Positions 53,554 to 64,000 are shown, numbered from the stretch's first letter. The stretch is 64,000 bases of DNA from a virus (IMGVR_UViG_3300020045_013318:13136-77135), one strand, 5' to 3'. Translations and numbers: made by a program. The notes: generated by a model from the letters alone, not told the origin.

Positions 53554-55811
53554 TTTTTTATAATTTTAACTTTATTGCCACTCGCTGTAGTACGCATATT
53601 TCCTTCTAATTGAGATAACACTTGTTGATCTTTTACAATAATTTCTTTACCGTCGGGGAGAAGTTGTATCCACTTACTATCCTTTTTTTGAAAGGTTGCC
53701 TGTGATGGATTTCCCAAATCATCTACCGTATTTATTACTTTTACTGATTTTCCAGTATCATCCACCGTATCAATTATTTTTCTTGAACCTCCTGTAGACT
53801 GCAGAGCAATCGGAGTTTGATAATACAAACGAGCTTTTGATTTAAGTTGTTTTTCAACATCATTTCCTGCTAAATGAGTTTTATTGAGAGAAGGCAAACC
53901 TATTGAATTGCGTTCAGAATTCAAAACTACTAATCCATTTCTTTCTAATTCGTCTAATTTTTTCTTCACAACTGTTAATGTGTCAGTAATTTGTGGTATA
54001 GAAGGTTCAATTATCCTTTTCCACTCATTATCAGTCATGGCTGTTCCCGCTCTTTCCTTTTGAAGATTAGCTGTTAAATTAGTAAAATATGCTTTAAGTT
54101 CTTTTTGTTTTGAGGAATTAAATCTTCCGATCCAATTTCCCAAAGTACCCGCAACCGGGCCACCCGGAATAAAAAGTCCATTTTCATCTAACAATCCTCG
54201 TATTTGATCTGCTTTGGTTATTGCGAATCTAGTGCTAGATTCAGAAATAAAATCTGTTCCAGCTCTCTGTTGTGCCATTCCCATCATGTGATTTTCAAAC
54301 TTCTGAACTGCCAAATCTTCTCTATTGGAATTTATAAGTGCCGCCATATTAGCTGTATCAGATTGTGTCCAATTCTTATCAAGCATCTTAAACATATCTC
54401 TCATTCCTGCGGCAAAAGGAGTTTCATTTTGAATTCTAAAGCCTGAAAGAGTATCGCCAATTTTGGAGGCAGGTACTCCCGCATCATAATTTTGTTTAAT
54501 AATTGATTTGTAATAATCAGATTCAGCTACCGAGTTCCTAACCTGAATCGGAATTTTGTTCATTGCCGTCAATTCATAATCAAGGTACTCAAGACTTTTT
54601 GGAGATGAATCTGCTTTTGCTTTAAGTTCTTTATCTTTTGGAACATAAATCTCTTCAAGAACTTTCATCTCTTGTGGAGTAAGTTTGCTTCCATATTTTG
54701 CTTTGAAATTTAACCATCCTGTCTTTACAATCTCATCATATACAAACTTTTGTGACGCACCATCAAGTCCTGCACCGAGCAATTTCATCGTATCGCTACT
54801 TGTAAAACGATCTACCTTTTTGCTTTCAGGCTCTTTAACTGAAATATCATCAATATAATTCTTAATTTCATCTGTTGAAACTTTACCTTTAAGTGCTTCA
54901 TAAATACTTGAAACAGAACCATCCGTACCGATAGCTGCATCGTGAATAAGCGTTTGGTTATTCAACTTCGTAGAATCTTCCACAGCTTTTTTATTAAGCG
55001 TAACTAAATTCTTATCAAATTCAGCAAGAGCTTTATCTTTTTCTTTACGAATATCCTGCAAACTTTCATACTCTTTCATGGCAAGAGTTAAAGATTGCTC
55101 ATTAAAAGCATTATTTACCTTATTTATTGCATCTCGCTCTTGTGAATTTAATTCACTAACTTTTTGTAATCCCTGTTGAACTACACCTTCAATTTGTGAA
55201 GCCATAACAGTTGGAGCATATTGTCCACCTTTACGGATTCCAAGAGTTACAGAAGCGTTTTCTCTCCTACGATTTGATTCAACTAATTGATTGCGAAGTA
55301 TAGAGAATTGAGAATAGATTGAATCAATTTGTGCTCTTTTACTTTCTTCCATTTGAGCTTTAATAGGATCAAGAGAAGTTTTTATAGATTGTTCTTGTGA
55401 ATCAAAGCTTGTTATTAAATCATTTCTAATTTTTTCATTACTCAACTGTTCTGGTGTTTTAGTGCTATCAATTTGACTCTGAAGAATTTTATCTTCTGCT
55501 GTAGGAGGAATAGTTTTAGAAGTTTCTGTTTTGGGTGTAGTTTCTGGCTTTCTATTAGTATCATCCATTGCCTTATTAACAACCGCAACACCAGAACCAG
55601 ACGATATTGTAGATACGGGTTGAATCTTTTTACTTTTTTCTATATCTTCAACAGATAAGGGTCTAGCCGCTCTACCTTCAGCAATATCTGTAATATATGA
55701 TTCAGTACCTGTAGCAATTCTATTTTGCTCTCCAGAATCTCCAGTTTCGTAGAGTTCAAATAAATTTCCTTTTTGTTGAGTGGTGTATGCCATGTTTAAT
55801 ATGCTTTCCAA
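53550..55811 (-). CDS. internal virion/ejection protein
   Basis: coiled coil, RAGTAMTDNE motif similar to 9976-11415; start may be 55793. Confidence 0.65.
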   Translation of the reverse strand: MESILNMAYTTQQKGNLFELYETGDSGEQNRIATGTESYITDIAEGRAARPLSVEDIEKSKKIQPVSTISSGSGVAVVNKAMDDTNRKPETTPKTETSKTIPPTAEDKILQSQIDSTKTPEQLSNEKIRNDLITSFDSQEQSIKTSLDPIKAQMEESKRAQIDSIYSQFSILRNQLVESNRRRENASVTLGIRKGGQYAPTVMASQIEGVVQQGLQKVSELNSQERDAINKVNNAFNEQSLTLAMKEYESLQDIRKEKDKALAEFDKNLVTLNKKAVEDSTKLNNQTLIHDAAIGTDGSVSSIYEALKGKVSTDEIKNYIDDISVKEPESKKVDRFTSSDTMKLLGAGLDGASQKFVYDEIVKTGWLNFKAKYGSKLTPQEMKVLEEIYVPKDKELKAKADSSPKSLEYLDYELTAMNKIPIQVRNSVAESDYYKSIIKQNYDAGVPASKIGDTLSGFRIQNETPFAAGMRDMFKMLDKNWTQSDTANMAALINSNREDLAVQKFENHMMGMAQQRAGTDFISESSTRFAITKADQIRGLLDENGLFIPGGPVAGTLGNWIGRFNSSKQKELKAYFTNLTANLQKERAGTAMTDNEWKRIIEPSIPQITDTLTVVKKKLDELERNGLVVLNSERNSIGLPSLNKTHLAGNDVEKQLKSKARLYYQTPIALQSTGGSRKIIDTVDDTGKSVKVINTVDDLGNPSQATFQKKDSKWIQLLPDGKEIIVKDQQVLSQLEGNMRTTASGNKVKIIKK

Positions 55812-57370
55812 ACAAATGTTCTGGTAGTACCAGAAGCCGCCCCTGCACTATCATTTGTACTCCAATTTAGAGTAAAAGTTGTTGTGGTAATAGCAGTAAT
55901 TGAAGCCGCCACTTCAGTATTACCCTTTGCATCTGTGCTGAAAATTATATTTGACGAATTTGCCCCTTGTTCATTCGGCCATTCTTTACTGCTACAACCA
56001 TCACCATTACCGAAATTCCTATAAATACTGTATCCGCTTAATGTTGAAGTTGAATATCCTGAACCAGAAAATTCTCCATTTATACTCCCTCCAGTACAAG
56101 TTGCTCCCAGTCTGCCTGAAAAATGAATTTCAATAAGTTGTGGTGCTCTACCTAAATTGTGAGTAATAATTTGATTACCAGTTGTTCCAGCAGGTTGTCC
56201 TGCATTTCCAGTAGAAACACTAGGAGCACCAAAAACTACTACCCCGTTAGCATCAACTGTCAAAGATGTAGAAGAAGCAGGTTGTGTAGATGGAAAATTC
56301 AAATATACTCCATTTATCTTCAAGCCACTTGATGTAGCCGACAAGTTATTTACTGTTGTTGTTGCCGCACCCAATCTAATCGTACCAATATCAAGAAGAA
56401 GTTGAGTAGCGCCCCCACTAGAAGAAGTAGCTATAAGTGTTGGATCAATAAAACCACTTGAATTAGTTACCACCACCCTATTACTATCACCATCCCTACG
56501 AGTTGAAGAAGATATTGAAGTATCAAGCACAAGAGGTTTTACAAGGTCAATAGGTAAACCTGCCGCTGCTTCTGCACCCGTGGCAAGTTCTACAATACCT
56601 CCATTGGTTACAGTTGAAGTAGCCGCACCTTGTGCCGCAACAGAATTAACATAAGCCCTTGAAGCAACCTGTGAGGTAGTTGTAGCGGCAGTAAAACCTG
56701 TGCCTTCTATGATTGGAGGAGTTGTAAAAGACCACAAACCACTAACAAACTCATCATTAGTTTTTGCCGTGTACTGATTGTGAAATTGTGGAGGATCAGA
56801 AAATATAACTGATGAATTACCACCATGAGCAAATTGAAGTGTGGTTGAAGCTGTAAAAGGAGGAATAGGAGAAAGCCCACGAGTACAACCAGAAAGTGTC
56901 GCTGTACCATTAGAATTTTGAACAACAGTAGTACAAGAAGCTATTTCCTGTTTACTCCTATTGCCCGGTTCAAGAGTTAGATAAAATGTAGTAGAAAGAT
57001 CGGAATCTACGATTTTTTGTCCAGTTTGAGGAAGTGTTAATGAAGATAGAATTATTGAACTTGCTGATGATGAAACACCTGAACTAAAAAGTGTATATGT
57101 ATGCCCCGCAGTTGGTAATACATTTGTTGCTCCTAATACGGCATCTTCATTTTGACTACTCACATACGAACTAATCAGCTCTGTGATTTGTTTACCGTAA
57201 TCAGTCTGTCTTTGTTTAAGATTTTCTATTTCTACATTAGCTTCTAAAATTTCTGATTGATCTTTTTTTATTTCTTTTTTAAGTTCTGTATTTTTATTAA
57301 AAGTATCAATTCCAAAAAGACTGGATGCTACTAGAGAAACTATGGCTATAAAAGAGGCTATAATGTTCAT
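55796..57370 (-). CDS. tail fibre/spike-like protein with N-terminal hydrophobic anchor
   Basis: MNIIASFIAIVSLVASSLFG, coiled coil, VLGA, LSGCTRGL, GIVELAT.AE, ITHNLGRAP. Confidence 0.7.
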   Translation of the reverse strand: MNIIASFIAIVSLVASSLFGIDTFNKNTELKKEIKKDQSEILEANVEIENLKQRQTDYGKQITELISSYVSSQNEDAVLGATNVLPTAGHTYTLFSSGVSSSASSIILSSLTLPQTGQKIVDSDLSTTFYLTLEPGNRSKQEIASCTTVVQNSNGTATLSGCTRGLSPIPPFTASTTLQFAHGGNSSVIFSDPPQFHNQYTAKTNDEFVSGLWSFTTPPIIEGTGFTAATTTSQVASRAYVNSVAAQGAATSTVTNGGIVELATGAEAAAGLPIDLVKPLVLDTSISSSTRRDGDSNRVVVTNSSGFIDPTLIATSSSGGATQLLLDIGTIRLGAATTTVNNLSATSSGLKINGVYLNFPSTQPASSTSLTVDANGVVVFGAPSVSTGNAGQPAGTTGNQIITHNLGRAPQLIEIHFSGRLGATCTGGSINGEFSGSGYSTSTLSGYSIYRNFGNGDGCSSKEWPNEQGANSSNIIFSTDAKGNTEVAASITAITTTTFTLNWSTNDSAGAASGTTRTFVWKAY

Positions 57371-57384
57371 GTTATTATTATATA

Positions 57385-59250
57385 TTATTTTCTAATTTCA
57401 GTGGCAATTCTTGGTGAAATAGACACATCTACCGCTCCATGAGCAAGTATCGCCCAATATCTATCAGTTGAATTAGTGCTAAATATTGTTTGTAATTCAA
57501 AAAAATCTTCCGTAGCTTCTTCAAAAACAACTCTAAATTTCCTAGCATTTTGAGGAGTAGCCAATGCTCCGCCCAAATTATTTTGAGCTAAAGGGTCTTG
57601 TGCAAGCGAAGTTAAAATATCCGCTCCCACAATTATATCTTCATCTCCACCATCTATAGTTTCAAAAACCTGTTGTGTATGAGCATTGAAATCATAATTC
57701 AGAGTTAATAACAAATCATCTGTATTTGGAGTAATTTCACCTTCAACTAAATACTCGTTAAATTTCTTTAATTTTCCTCTATGTCCATAAGAACGATATG
57801 ACAATTTAGCCAAGGCATTGATTGATACTTTTTCATCTTGTGCTGTATCAGAGTTATATACCAAATCGGATAAAGATTCATTTTCAGAATCCAACATTTT
57901 GAATACTTCAGGGGTGCTATTAGAAAATCCATGTAACCATCCATCTATAACTCCCCAAGCTCTTACAGCACCAATTTGAGGAGCCTGCCAAAATCTTCTT
58001 GTTCTACCGTCAGCATCTTCCAAAAATTCCAAAATATAATACCTAGAATTGGCAGGAGCAGAAAGAAAATAAGAATTTTTCCACCAAGTAGCGCAAGCGT
58101 TGGTAAAATCTTCAGCATCCATATCTGGCTTAATAGGATAAGACAATGTTTTGAGTTGTGCCCCCTCTATATTTTCTGGCTGTTCTAAAATCCTTACGGC
58201 AGGTTCAAAAGAAAGATAAATAATAGCATTTCCCACAGACACTATTGATTCAGGAGTTTGCGGTGTTTGATTTACTCCTGTTTTTAATTTTTTAACTTTC
58301 AGAGTCTCTGACAACGCTGACGAAACAGTATCTTGTTCAAATTCAACCTTAAAAGCATCAGATTTTCCACAAAACATTACAGGAATATTAGAAACAGAAG
58401 CCATACCCCTTGAAAGACCAGTTAAAGAAAGTAAGGCACCTTCACCAAAAGCTCTCGGAGTAGAGAAAGAAAAATCTGTATAATCATCGTTTTGAGAAAT
58501 ATAAACTTCATTATCTTCTTCTGATCCAACATATATCTGATTTTCATGCGAGAAAATAGTGTGATTATTCCTAGAGGCGGCAGGTTTGTTACTTCTTGTT
58601 GCAATTTTCTGAACTAAAACATCTCCCGAGACCATACCATCAGTAACAGGTGAACCTGATACAGTTGTCAGGGTTGTTGTTGTCTCTCCTCCTGTATAAG
58701 TAAATTCTGTGCCAGTTCTAACATTTATTAAAGTTTTATCTCCTGTTGTATAAAATCTATTTTGAGCAAAAGTATTAGTTCCTTTTTTTGTTATTGTTGT
58801 TGCAGTAACAGAATCTACAACACATACAGCACCGTTCCATTCATATAAATTAGCATTGCCTTGAACAAAAATAAGTTCATCAATATTTTCTCCTGTATCC
58901 CACCAAAGAGTAAATCTGGCAATTTTAGCTGCTGTTAAAGCAGAAGATATAATATAGAAATTATTAAGAACAACACCATCAATTGTTCCTAAATAGACAG
59001 CTAGTTTTGTATCATAAGTAAAAATAGGAAGCTCTGTTCCTGTTGAAGTTCCCCAAACTATTGCATTTTTAGTTGGATTATTTTCAGTATTGGCAACACC
59101 TAATCTTGTCGTACCATTGCGAATCCTTACTTTTTTTTGAGAATCAATAATGACATTTTGAGAACCAATAGCTAAATAACGATAATCAGCATTGGTCTGA
59201 TTTTGTGCACTTTGATAACCTAATACTTCATTTAATATATTATCTTTCAT
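57385..59250 (-). CDS. tail nozzle/stabilisation protein
   Basis: 621 aa beta-rich protein directly after adaptor. Confidence 0.6.
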   Translation of the reverse strand: MKDNILNEVLGYQSAQNQTNADYRYLAIGSQNVIIDSQKKVRIRNGTTRLGVANTENNPTKNAIVWGTSTGTELPIFTYDTKLAVYLGTIDGVVLNNFYIISSALTAAKIARFTLWWDTGENIDELIFVQGNANLYEWNGAVCVVDSVTATTITKKGTNTFAQNRFYTTGDKTLINVRTGTEFTYTGGETTTTLTTVSGSPVTDGMVSGDVLVQKIATRSNKPAASRNNHTIFSHENQIYVGSEEDNEVYISQNDDYTDFSFSTPRAFGEGALLSLTGLSRGMASVSNIPVMFCGKSDAFKVEFEQDTVSSALSETLKVKKLKTGVNQTPQTPESIVSVGNAIIYLSFEPAVRILEQPENIEGAQLKTLSYPIKPDMDAEDFTNACATWWKNSYFLSAPANSRYYILEFLEDADGRTRRFWQAPQIGAVRAWGVIDGWLHGFSNSTPEVFKMLDSENESLSDLVYNSDTAQDEKVSINALAKLSYRSYGHRGKLKKFNEYLVEGEITPNTDDLLLTLNYDFNAHTQQVFETIDGGDEDIIVGADILTSLAQDPLAQNNLGGALATPQNARKFRVVFEEATEDFFELQTIFSTNSTDRYWAILAHGAVDVSISPRIATEIRK

Positions 59251-60416
59251 TTATTTCTTCTAAAAGGTCTAGTAGACCAATACTTCCCGACAGGTCTTTT
59301 AGCTTCGCTAGGATGTTCTGCTCTATACAGTTGATACAATGAAGGAAGTTCGCTATTAGCATAATTTATGTCAAAAACACTATCCTTACCTTCCATTTGT
59401 TGAGCTATTGCCTTAAGAGATTCAAGTGTAAAAATCTGTAAGGAAGTCCCTGTGAGAACCAATGAATCACTATCACTGGTTGGTTTAGAAATCCATGTTC
59501 CTCCAGAATTTTTGAAAAGATATTGAGAATAATATTTAAGATCAAAAATTCTACCTAAAGAGACAAGAATATTGTCTACCCTAATATTATTTATCGCTCC
59601 AGTTGCCGCTACTGTTAACTTGAATGAATCAATGGTAGATGGAGTAACCGTTCCTGTTTCTGTCGCTGTACTCCACGGAAATAACAAAAAATTCCAACCT
59701 ACTCTAAAAGCTGTTCCATCAGCTTGTGTTGTTTGAGCAACAGAAGTCCAGTATTGTGTAGTCAAGTCATTTCCAAAGATAAAAGTTAATGAAGTTAGAT
59801 TTGATATAGAACCAAAATAAACAGGAACGATAAAACCTCCCAATTCATCTTCTGTAGATAAATCAACAGATGTTAATGTGGTATTTTGTATACCATCTCC
59901 AGTAGCTACGAGATCAAATTCTATTGAAGCTGTGCCTGATAATTTATAAAGCGTATTAGCTTTAAGTCCTGTGGCGCTACCAACAGTTGAAATCGTGCCA
60001 TTTGAAGTCAAGGAGTCCATTGTGTGCAAAGTTTTTGCTGAAGAATCTTTCCAATCAAGCCTCAAAAACTTAACCCCCTCCAATGCCTCTATAGCAATTC
60101 TTTTATTAGATAAACCCAATTCTGCTGAAAAAGGTTCAGACAAAACCCTAGAAGCTCTATCAGATGATTGCCTATCTTGAACAGGGGCGATGTCAATTAT
60201 TTTTTTATAATCCGCAGGTAGTGGATAATTTTGCAAATCATCATGTACGGCAGAACTTAATTCTTGTAATCTAATTGTTTCAACTGGATCAAGTTTAGAA
60301 AGCAAAGTATTAGCTACTCGCTCATATAAAGCATTTCTATTTCTCACTCTTTTAAGAGAACCTCCATGTGCAAGTCCTGTGAGATTTTCTTCAAGTTCTA
60401 TAATAGTTTGGCTCAT
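59247..60416 (-). CDS. head-tail adaptor/tail tubular protein-like
   Basis: NYPLPADYKKIIDI, LKYYS. Confidence 0.6.
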   Translation of the reverse strand: MSQTIIELEENLTGLAHGGSLKRVRNRNALYERVANTLLSKLDPVETIRLQELSSAVHDDLQNYPLPADYKKIIDIAPVQDRQSSDRASRVLSEPFSAELGLSNKRIAIEALEGVKFLRLDWKDSSAKTLHTMDSLTSNGTISTVGSATGLKANTLYKLSGTASIEFDLVATGDGIQNTTLTSVDLSTEDELGGFIVPVYFGSISNLTSLTFIFGNDLTTQYWTSVAQTTQADGTAFRVGWNFLLFPWSTATETGTVTPSTIDSFKLTVAATGAINNIRVDNILVSLGRIFDLKYYSQYLFKNSGGTWISKPTSDSDSLVLTGTSLQIFTLESLKAIAQQMEGKDSVFDINYANSELPSLYQLYRAEHPSEAKRPVGKYWSTRPFRRNK

Positions 60417-60856
60417 TAGTAGTTAAATTCAGTTACAACAAAAGTAGTAGCATTAGTTGAAATACAATGTATTGCTCCTTGTTGAACACCTGTGCCAGAG
60501 TTCATTACATAAGTCGGAGTGCTAGAAGAAAGAGCAAATGACCAGTTTGTTAAAGAAGCCACATTATCATTTTCCATATTGCAATAAACTGATGTACTTA
60601 AATTTCCAACATATTGAAATAAAAGATTATCTCTTTGAATAGGAGGAGTATAAACAGAAGAATTAGTTGTTGAAGCTAAAGCTCTATAACTTGTACCTGC
60701 AACTAAAGTAATAAGAGTAGAAGAAGCAGAACGATAACGATGGGTTGTTTCAAAACCACCAAGTAATTTTGTGCCTTGAGGTCTGCTATAGAACAAAACC
60801 CCAGCGAATGCGAGTATGCAAACACCGAGTATAATGTGAAGTTTGTTTATTTTCAT
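60416..60856 (-). CDS. virion-region protein with N-terminal TM/signal and LLGG motif
   Basis: LHIILGVCILAFAGVLFY then KLLGG. Confidence 0.7.
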   Translation of the reverse strand: MKINKLHIILGVCILAFAGVLFYSRPQGTKLLGGFETTHRYRSASSTLITLVAGTSYRALASTTNSSVYTPPIQRDNLLFQYVGNLSTSVYCNMENDNVASLTNWSFALSSSTPTYVMNSGTGVQQGAIHCISTNATTFVVTEFNY

Positions 60857-60879
60857 GTTTAATTTTTAATTTTTAATAT

Positions 60880-60928
60880 GAGCCGAACTCTATCTTGCCC
60901 CCATAAAGGAGCAAGTAGAGTCAAGCTC
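60880..60928. terminator. long intergenic hairpin after capsid-associated gene
   Basis: GAGC..ACTCTA.CTTGC/GCAAG.TAGAGT..GCTC. Confidence 0.5.
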
Positions 60929-61410
60929 TAATAACACGCTCTAGTAGATGTCGCCCATCCACCTGAAGGAAAACCATTAGCGTTTCCTGCGGACGCACCC
61001 GAACTCGTGGCAATAGTATAATAAATATAACCATCACCAGTAGGGGCTTTTGCAACAAGACAAAGCCTTTCTGCAAGAATAGTTGTTGTTCCACCAGAAT
61101 TACCTAATGAAAATAATGCACCGGGAGTAGAACTTCCTATGCCTATTCTATTATTCGCTGCACTTACAACGAGTGTATTTGTATCTGCTACAAAATCACC
61201 CGTTGCGCTTAAAGAACCTGATCCTGCGACTATACCATTTGGGAATCTTGAGCCTATTGCTCCTAATTCTCCGTTTATAGCTTGCTCTACCACTGATTTT
61301 ACATCATCAATGGTTATAGATGGTTGGTTATTACCACCAACCACTATTGCCGAAATCACGACTGCAATCACAATCGTAACTATGGCGGTAACAATGTTTT
61401 GTTTATTCAT
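60928..61410 (-). CDS. capsid-associated protein with N-terminal TM/signal and ELGA motif
   Basis: IVTAIVTIVIAVVISAIVV then ELGAIGSRFPNGI, NRIGIGSSTP. Confidence 0.7.
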   Translation of the reverse strand: MNKQNIVTAIVTIVIAVVISAIVVGGNNQPSITIDDVKSVVEQAINGELGAIGSRFPNGIVAGSGSLSATGDFVADTNTLVVSAANNRIGIGSSTPGALFSLGNSGGTTTILAERLCLVAKAPTGDGYIYYTIATSSGASAGNANGFPSGGWATSTRACY

Positions 61411-61434
61411 TGTGGTTAGTGTGTTAAGTGATAA

Positions 61435-62400
61435 TTACGCACCCGTCAAAAGCTGATAGCCTTCCCATGTTGCAGGAAAAGCTACTTCCAAATATCTTGA
61501 ACGATATTCCCATGAATCTGTCCTTGAATATCTAGGCTCAATTAGATCATTTTCTACTTCTGAAAGAACTTTCCTAAAAATGTGATGATCTTCAGAAATA
61601 ATGTGAACTGCCGTAGCTTTAACAGTACCTGAATCCCATGCTGAATTTAGATAAAGCGACTGTCCTATTGCAAGCTGTCCATAATCAGTCTCAAAGATAT
61701 TTAGATTATTCTCTGCTGAATCTGCAATCAAATCAGAATTAAGAACTTCTTTAAGATGTTTATACTGTGTTGTACAAGTAAGAACTGCAAACGGAGAATG
61801 AACTCCAGAAATCTCTCCATCCTGTCCTATTTGTGTATGCAAAGAAACAAAACTCGTCCAAAGAGTATCCGGTGTCAAGGCTCCTGTATCTCGGTTATCA
61901 ACCGTTCCTCCTGTCTTCAAAGCCACATGTGAATTAGAACCAAGAGTTGCTCCATCTGGAGTCGTGAAGTATGTACCATCAGCCGCATCTCCATAGGTTC
62001 GCACCATCGCAGTTCTATCTTTAGTTACCTTCATTCTGGTTCCAACCTGTCCTCCGATAGACGCTCGTTTTCCAACTTGATCTGTCTTAAATGCCTCGGC
62101 TGAAACTGGAATAGACTTCATCCATTTTTTTAGACGAACAGTTTTCTGATTTCCAATGAAAGTATTTTCTGTTTTAATTTCTTCTTGTTCTGAAGTCTCC
62201 AAAAAACCACCAACATTAGAATCTTCATCCCAAATATAAGCAATAGTATCTATTGGAGAAGTCTTAAAGAAAATTGAATCAACACCCACATAAGAAGGTG
62301 CATTATGTATATTCATTTTCTCAAACAATGCTTCGTCTATTGCCGTTTGGCATGCGTCTACGCTCAAAAGTGTAGTATGACCACCTGAAATTGTATTCAT
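61435..62400 (-). CDS. major capsid protein (phage B)
   Basis: 321 aa; PDG..L.SNSH, N...GALT..TL motifs of Mu gpT-like capsids; position. Confidence 0.7.
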   Translation of the reverse strand: MNTISGGHTTLLSVDACQTAIDEALFEKMNIHNAPSYVGVDSIFFKTSPIDTIAYIWDEDSNVGGFLETSEQEEIKTENTFIGNQKTVRLKKWMKSIPVSAEAFKTDQVGKRASIGGQVGTRMKVTKDRTAMVRTYGDAADGTYFTTPDGATLGSNSHVALKTGGTVDNRDTGALTPDTLWTSFVSLHTQIGQDGEISGVHSPFAVLTCTTQYKHLKEVLNSDLIADSAENNLNIFETDYGQLAIGQSLYLNSAWDSGTVKATAVHIISEDHHIFRKVLSEVENDLIEPRYSRTDSWEYRSRYLEVAFPATWEGYQLLTGA

Positions 62401-62424
62401 TTTAGTATTTTAATTGATTAAAAG

Positions 62425-62885
62425 TTATGAAATATCGTATCTCATAGCCCGAGGATCAACCGTAACATCTAAGAGACCTTGCTCAAAGATTCCTCCTTTA
62501 ATTGTTAAACCCGAAGTATCAGCAGCCGCAGTTTGATCTATAGTAAAAGTATTAGTATTAGCTGCATCAAACAAAACCACATCCCACAAAAGCCCTATAA
62601 GTTCTGTCAATGTGTCTACGGAAGCTGCTGTTTTTGCCTTTCCACGAAGCCTAGTCCAATTAGGGATAGGCTCTACAACATCTACCCAATCTGCATCTAC
62701 AGTTGTATCAGTTCCTACTGGAGCATCTTGTGCAGAAATACCTACAAACGCGTCTGTACCAATTACAGGTGTAGCATCTCCAGCTAATACAACTGTATTA
62801 GCACCAGAAACTCCTGATGTAAGAGCCTGAACTACCACCAAAGGTTCTCCTGCGTAAAATCTCGTGGCGCTAGCGGCGACACGAT
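62425..62885 (-). CDS. capsid cement-like protein, 5' end missing
   Basis: frame open back to RVAASATRFYAGEP at ~62885, where coding strand flips. Confidence 0.55.
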
Positions 62886-63286
62886 GTTTTTGTACGGCAG
62901 AAGTACCGATAGTTTCAAAATAATTCTTTGGTATTTAAGAAATCAAAAATATACTGATGTAAAGATAAAGAATGAAATTTTAACACTTTCAGTTTGTCAT
63001 CTATTTAATACAGTTTCTAGTGATGATATTTTGAAAGAGGTAGATGGAATTTATTATCTTGAAGGAAAAAATTCTCAATGTCTCAAAAAAAGATTTGATG
63101 GAACAAGCTATACTTTTGAATAAACTTCCTTTATGGAAGATTCTTAAAAAAGATGTTCAATATCAACTTCGTAAAAAGATGTTTGAGGAAGCAACTGTAG
63201 AACTTGATTTGGTATGGGGAAAACTAACAACTTTTCTTTGGGATATAATAAATACCAGAATAGATAATCTAAGAAAAGGGAAATAA
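62886..63286 (+). pseudogene. frameshifted inverted fragment of a phage head-region gene
   Basis: ORFs 62884-63123 and 63044-63286 read as one protein across a frameshift in A runs. Confidence 0.45.
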
Positions 63287-63363
63287 GTCTACTTAAGACT
63301 ATAAACTAAAGATGTTTTTAATAACTTAAAAAACCGACTGGACGGATTCCAGATGTCAAATAT

Positions 63364-63531
63364 ATGACTCCAGAGGAAATAGAAGCAAAAGCAAAGGCTG
63401 ATGCTGAAAAAGAAAAAGCTCTTTTACATAACGAAGATATTGAAGCTATTTTACAAAAGGAGAAAGAGGCTCGGAAAAGAGCCGAAGATGCTCTTGAAGA
63501 AACTCGTATTAAATCCAAAGAATTATTTTGA
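63364..63531 (+). pseudogene. truncated scaffold-like protein start
   Basis: MTPEEIEAKAKADAEKEK...RKRAEDALEETRIKSKELF stop, then unrelated sequence. Confidence 0.4.
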
Positions 63532-64000
63532 AAAGAACTTTACGCATCTATTTCTTCGTCTTTCTTATCTTCTTTTTTTTTCCGTGATTGCTTTTCGGCA
63601 ACTTGTTTCTTGGCAATTTTAAGTTCAAGCGTTTCTTCTTCACCTTCTTTTTGGATAGATGGTCTTGAAGCTCAACCAATCGCAAGCCGTGGATATTCCG
63701 ATTATCAAACGGCATCCAGTGCGAGTTGTATAGGGATTCGTAGCCCATCAGAGTACTATCCGCCACGTCGTCCATATCAGGTGCGACAACATCAAGATAG
63801 TGCTGTGCCCAAAATCCAAGTGTGTGCTGGTCGGTCGCAGGGAGTTCGCCTTTAAGTTCCGCGATAATCGCATCTAAAGACTCCCCGCCGTGCAGCCTGA
63901 CTCTGGCATCATCCTTTTGTCTTTGAACCGCCGCGATATTCGCTTGGGTCGGCTTTCGGTTGACGGTGAATGACCGCCGATCCCCGCCCCACGAGATATT

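Larger units (their letters stand above)
42120..63520. mobile_element. Phage B, right segment (partial podovirus-like genome)
   Basis: AT-rich; second set of capsid, adaptor, nozzle, ejection and peptidase genes. Confidence 0.75.

Noticed and set aside
63548-63855. ORFs 63548-63775 and 63610-63855 as real genes
   Set aside because: They cross abrupt composition changes in the patchwork end and show no coherent family.
1-64000. Alternative genetic code (stop-codon reassignment)
   Set aside because: Long genes are intact under code 11, and TGA, TAG and TAA all end genes at sensible, often overlapping, boundaries.

Overview
The window is almost entirely phage DNA and appears to contain two genomes. 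Phage A (~1634-41891, ~40.3 kb, visibly higher GC) looks like a complete, circularly permuted podovirus-like genome. It encodes a putative terS, GroES, GroEL, terL, portal, scaffold, capsid, tail and ejection proteins, a lysis module, Sak-like/YqaJ/SSB recombination genes, and a QueC-less 7-deazaguanine DNA-modification cluster. Phage A is nested inside a more AT-rich phage B (1-1633 and 42120-~63520), which carries a second GroEL, a papain-like peptidase, tail and ejection proteins, and a capsid. Both junctions fall inside the same 12-bp tandem repeat (coding [WR]DAA), and the two repeat-containing genes read as reciprocal hybrids, so this is either a repeat-mediated cointegrate or an assembly chimera. 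Other signals include a DnaA-box-like element at fixed distances from nine phage A promoters, several structured ncRNA candidates (one tRNA-like), phage B virion proteins with signal/anchor sequences plus an LG[AG] motif, and ejection proteins with ADP-ribosyltransferase-like domains. The last ~1.1 kb is an inverted, patchwork fragment. A Patescibacteria (CPR) host is my inference only. No integrase, CRISPR array, reverse transcriptase, DNA polymerase or helicase was recognised. All family calls are motif recognition by eye, not database searches.
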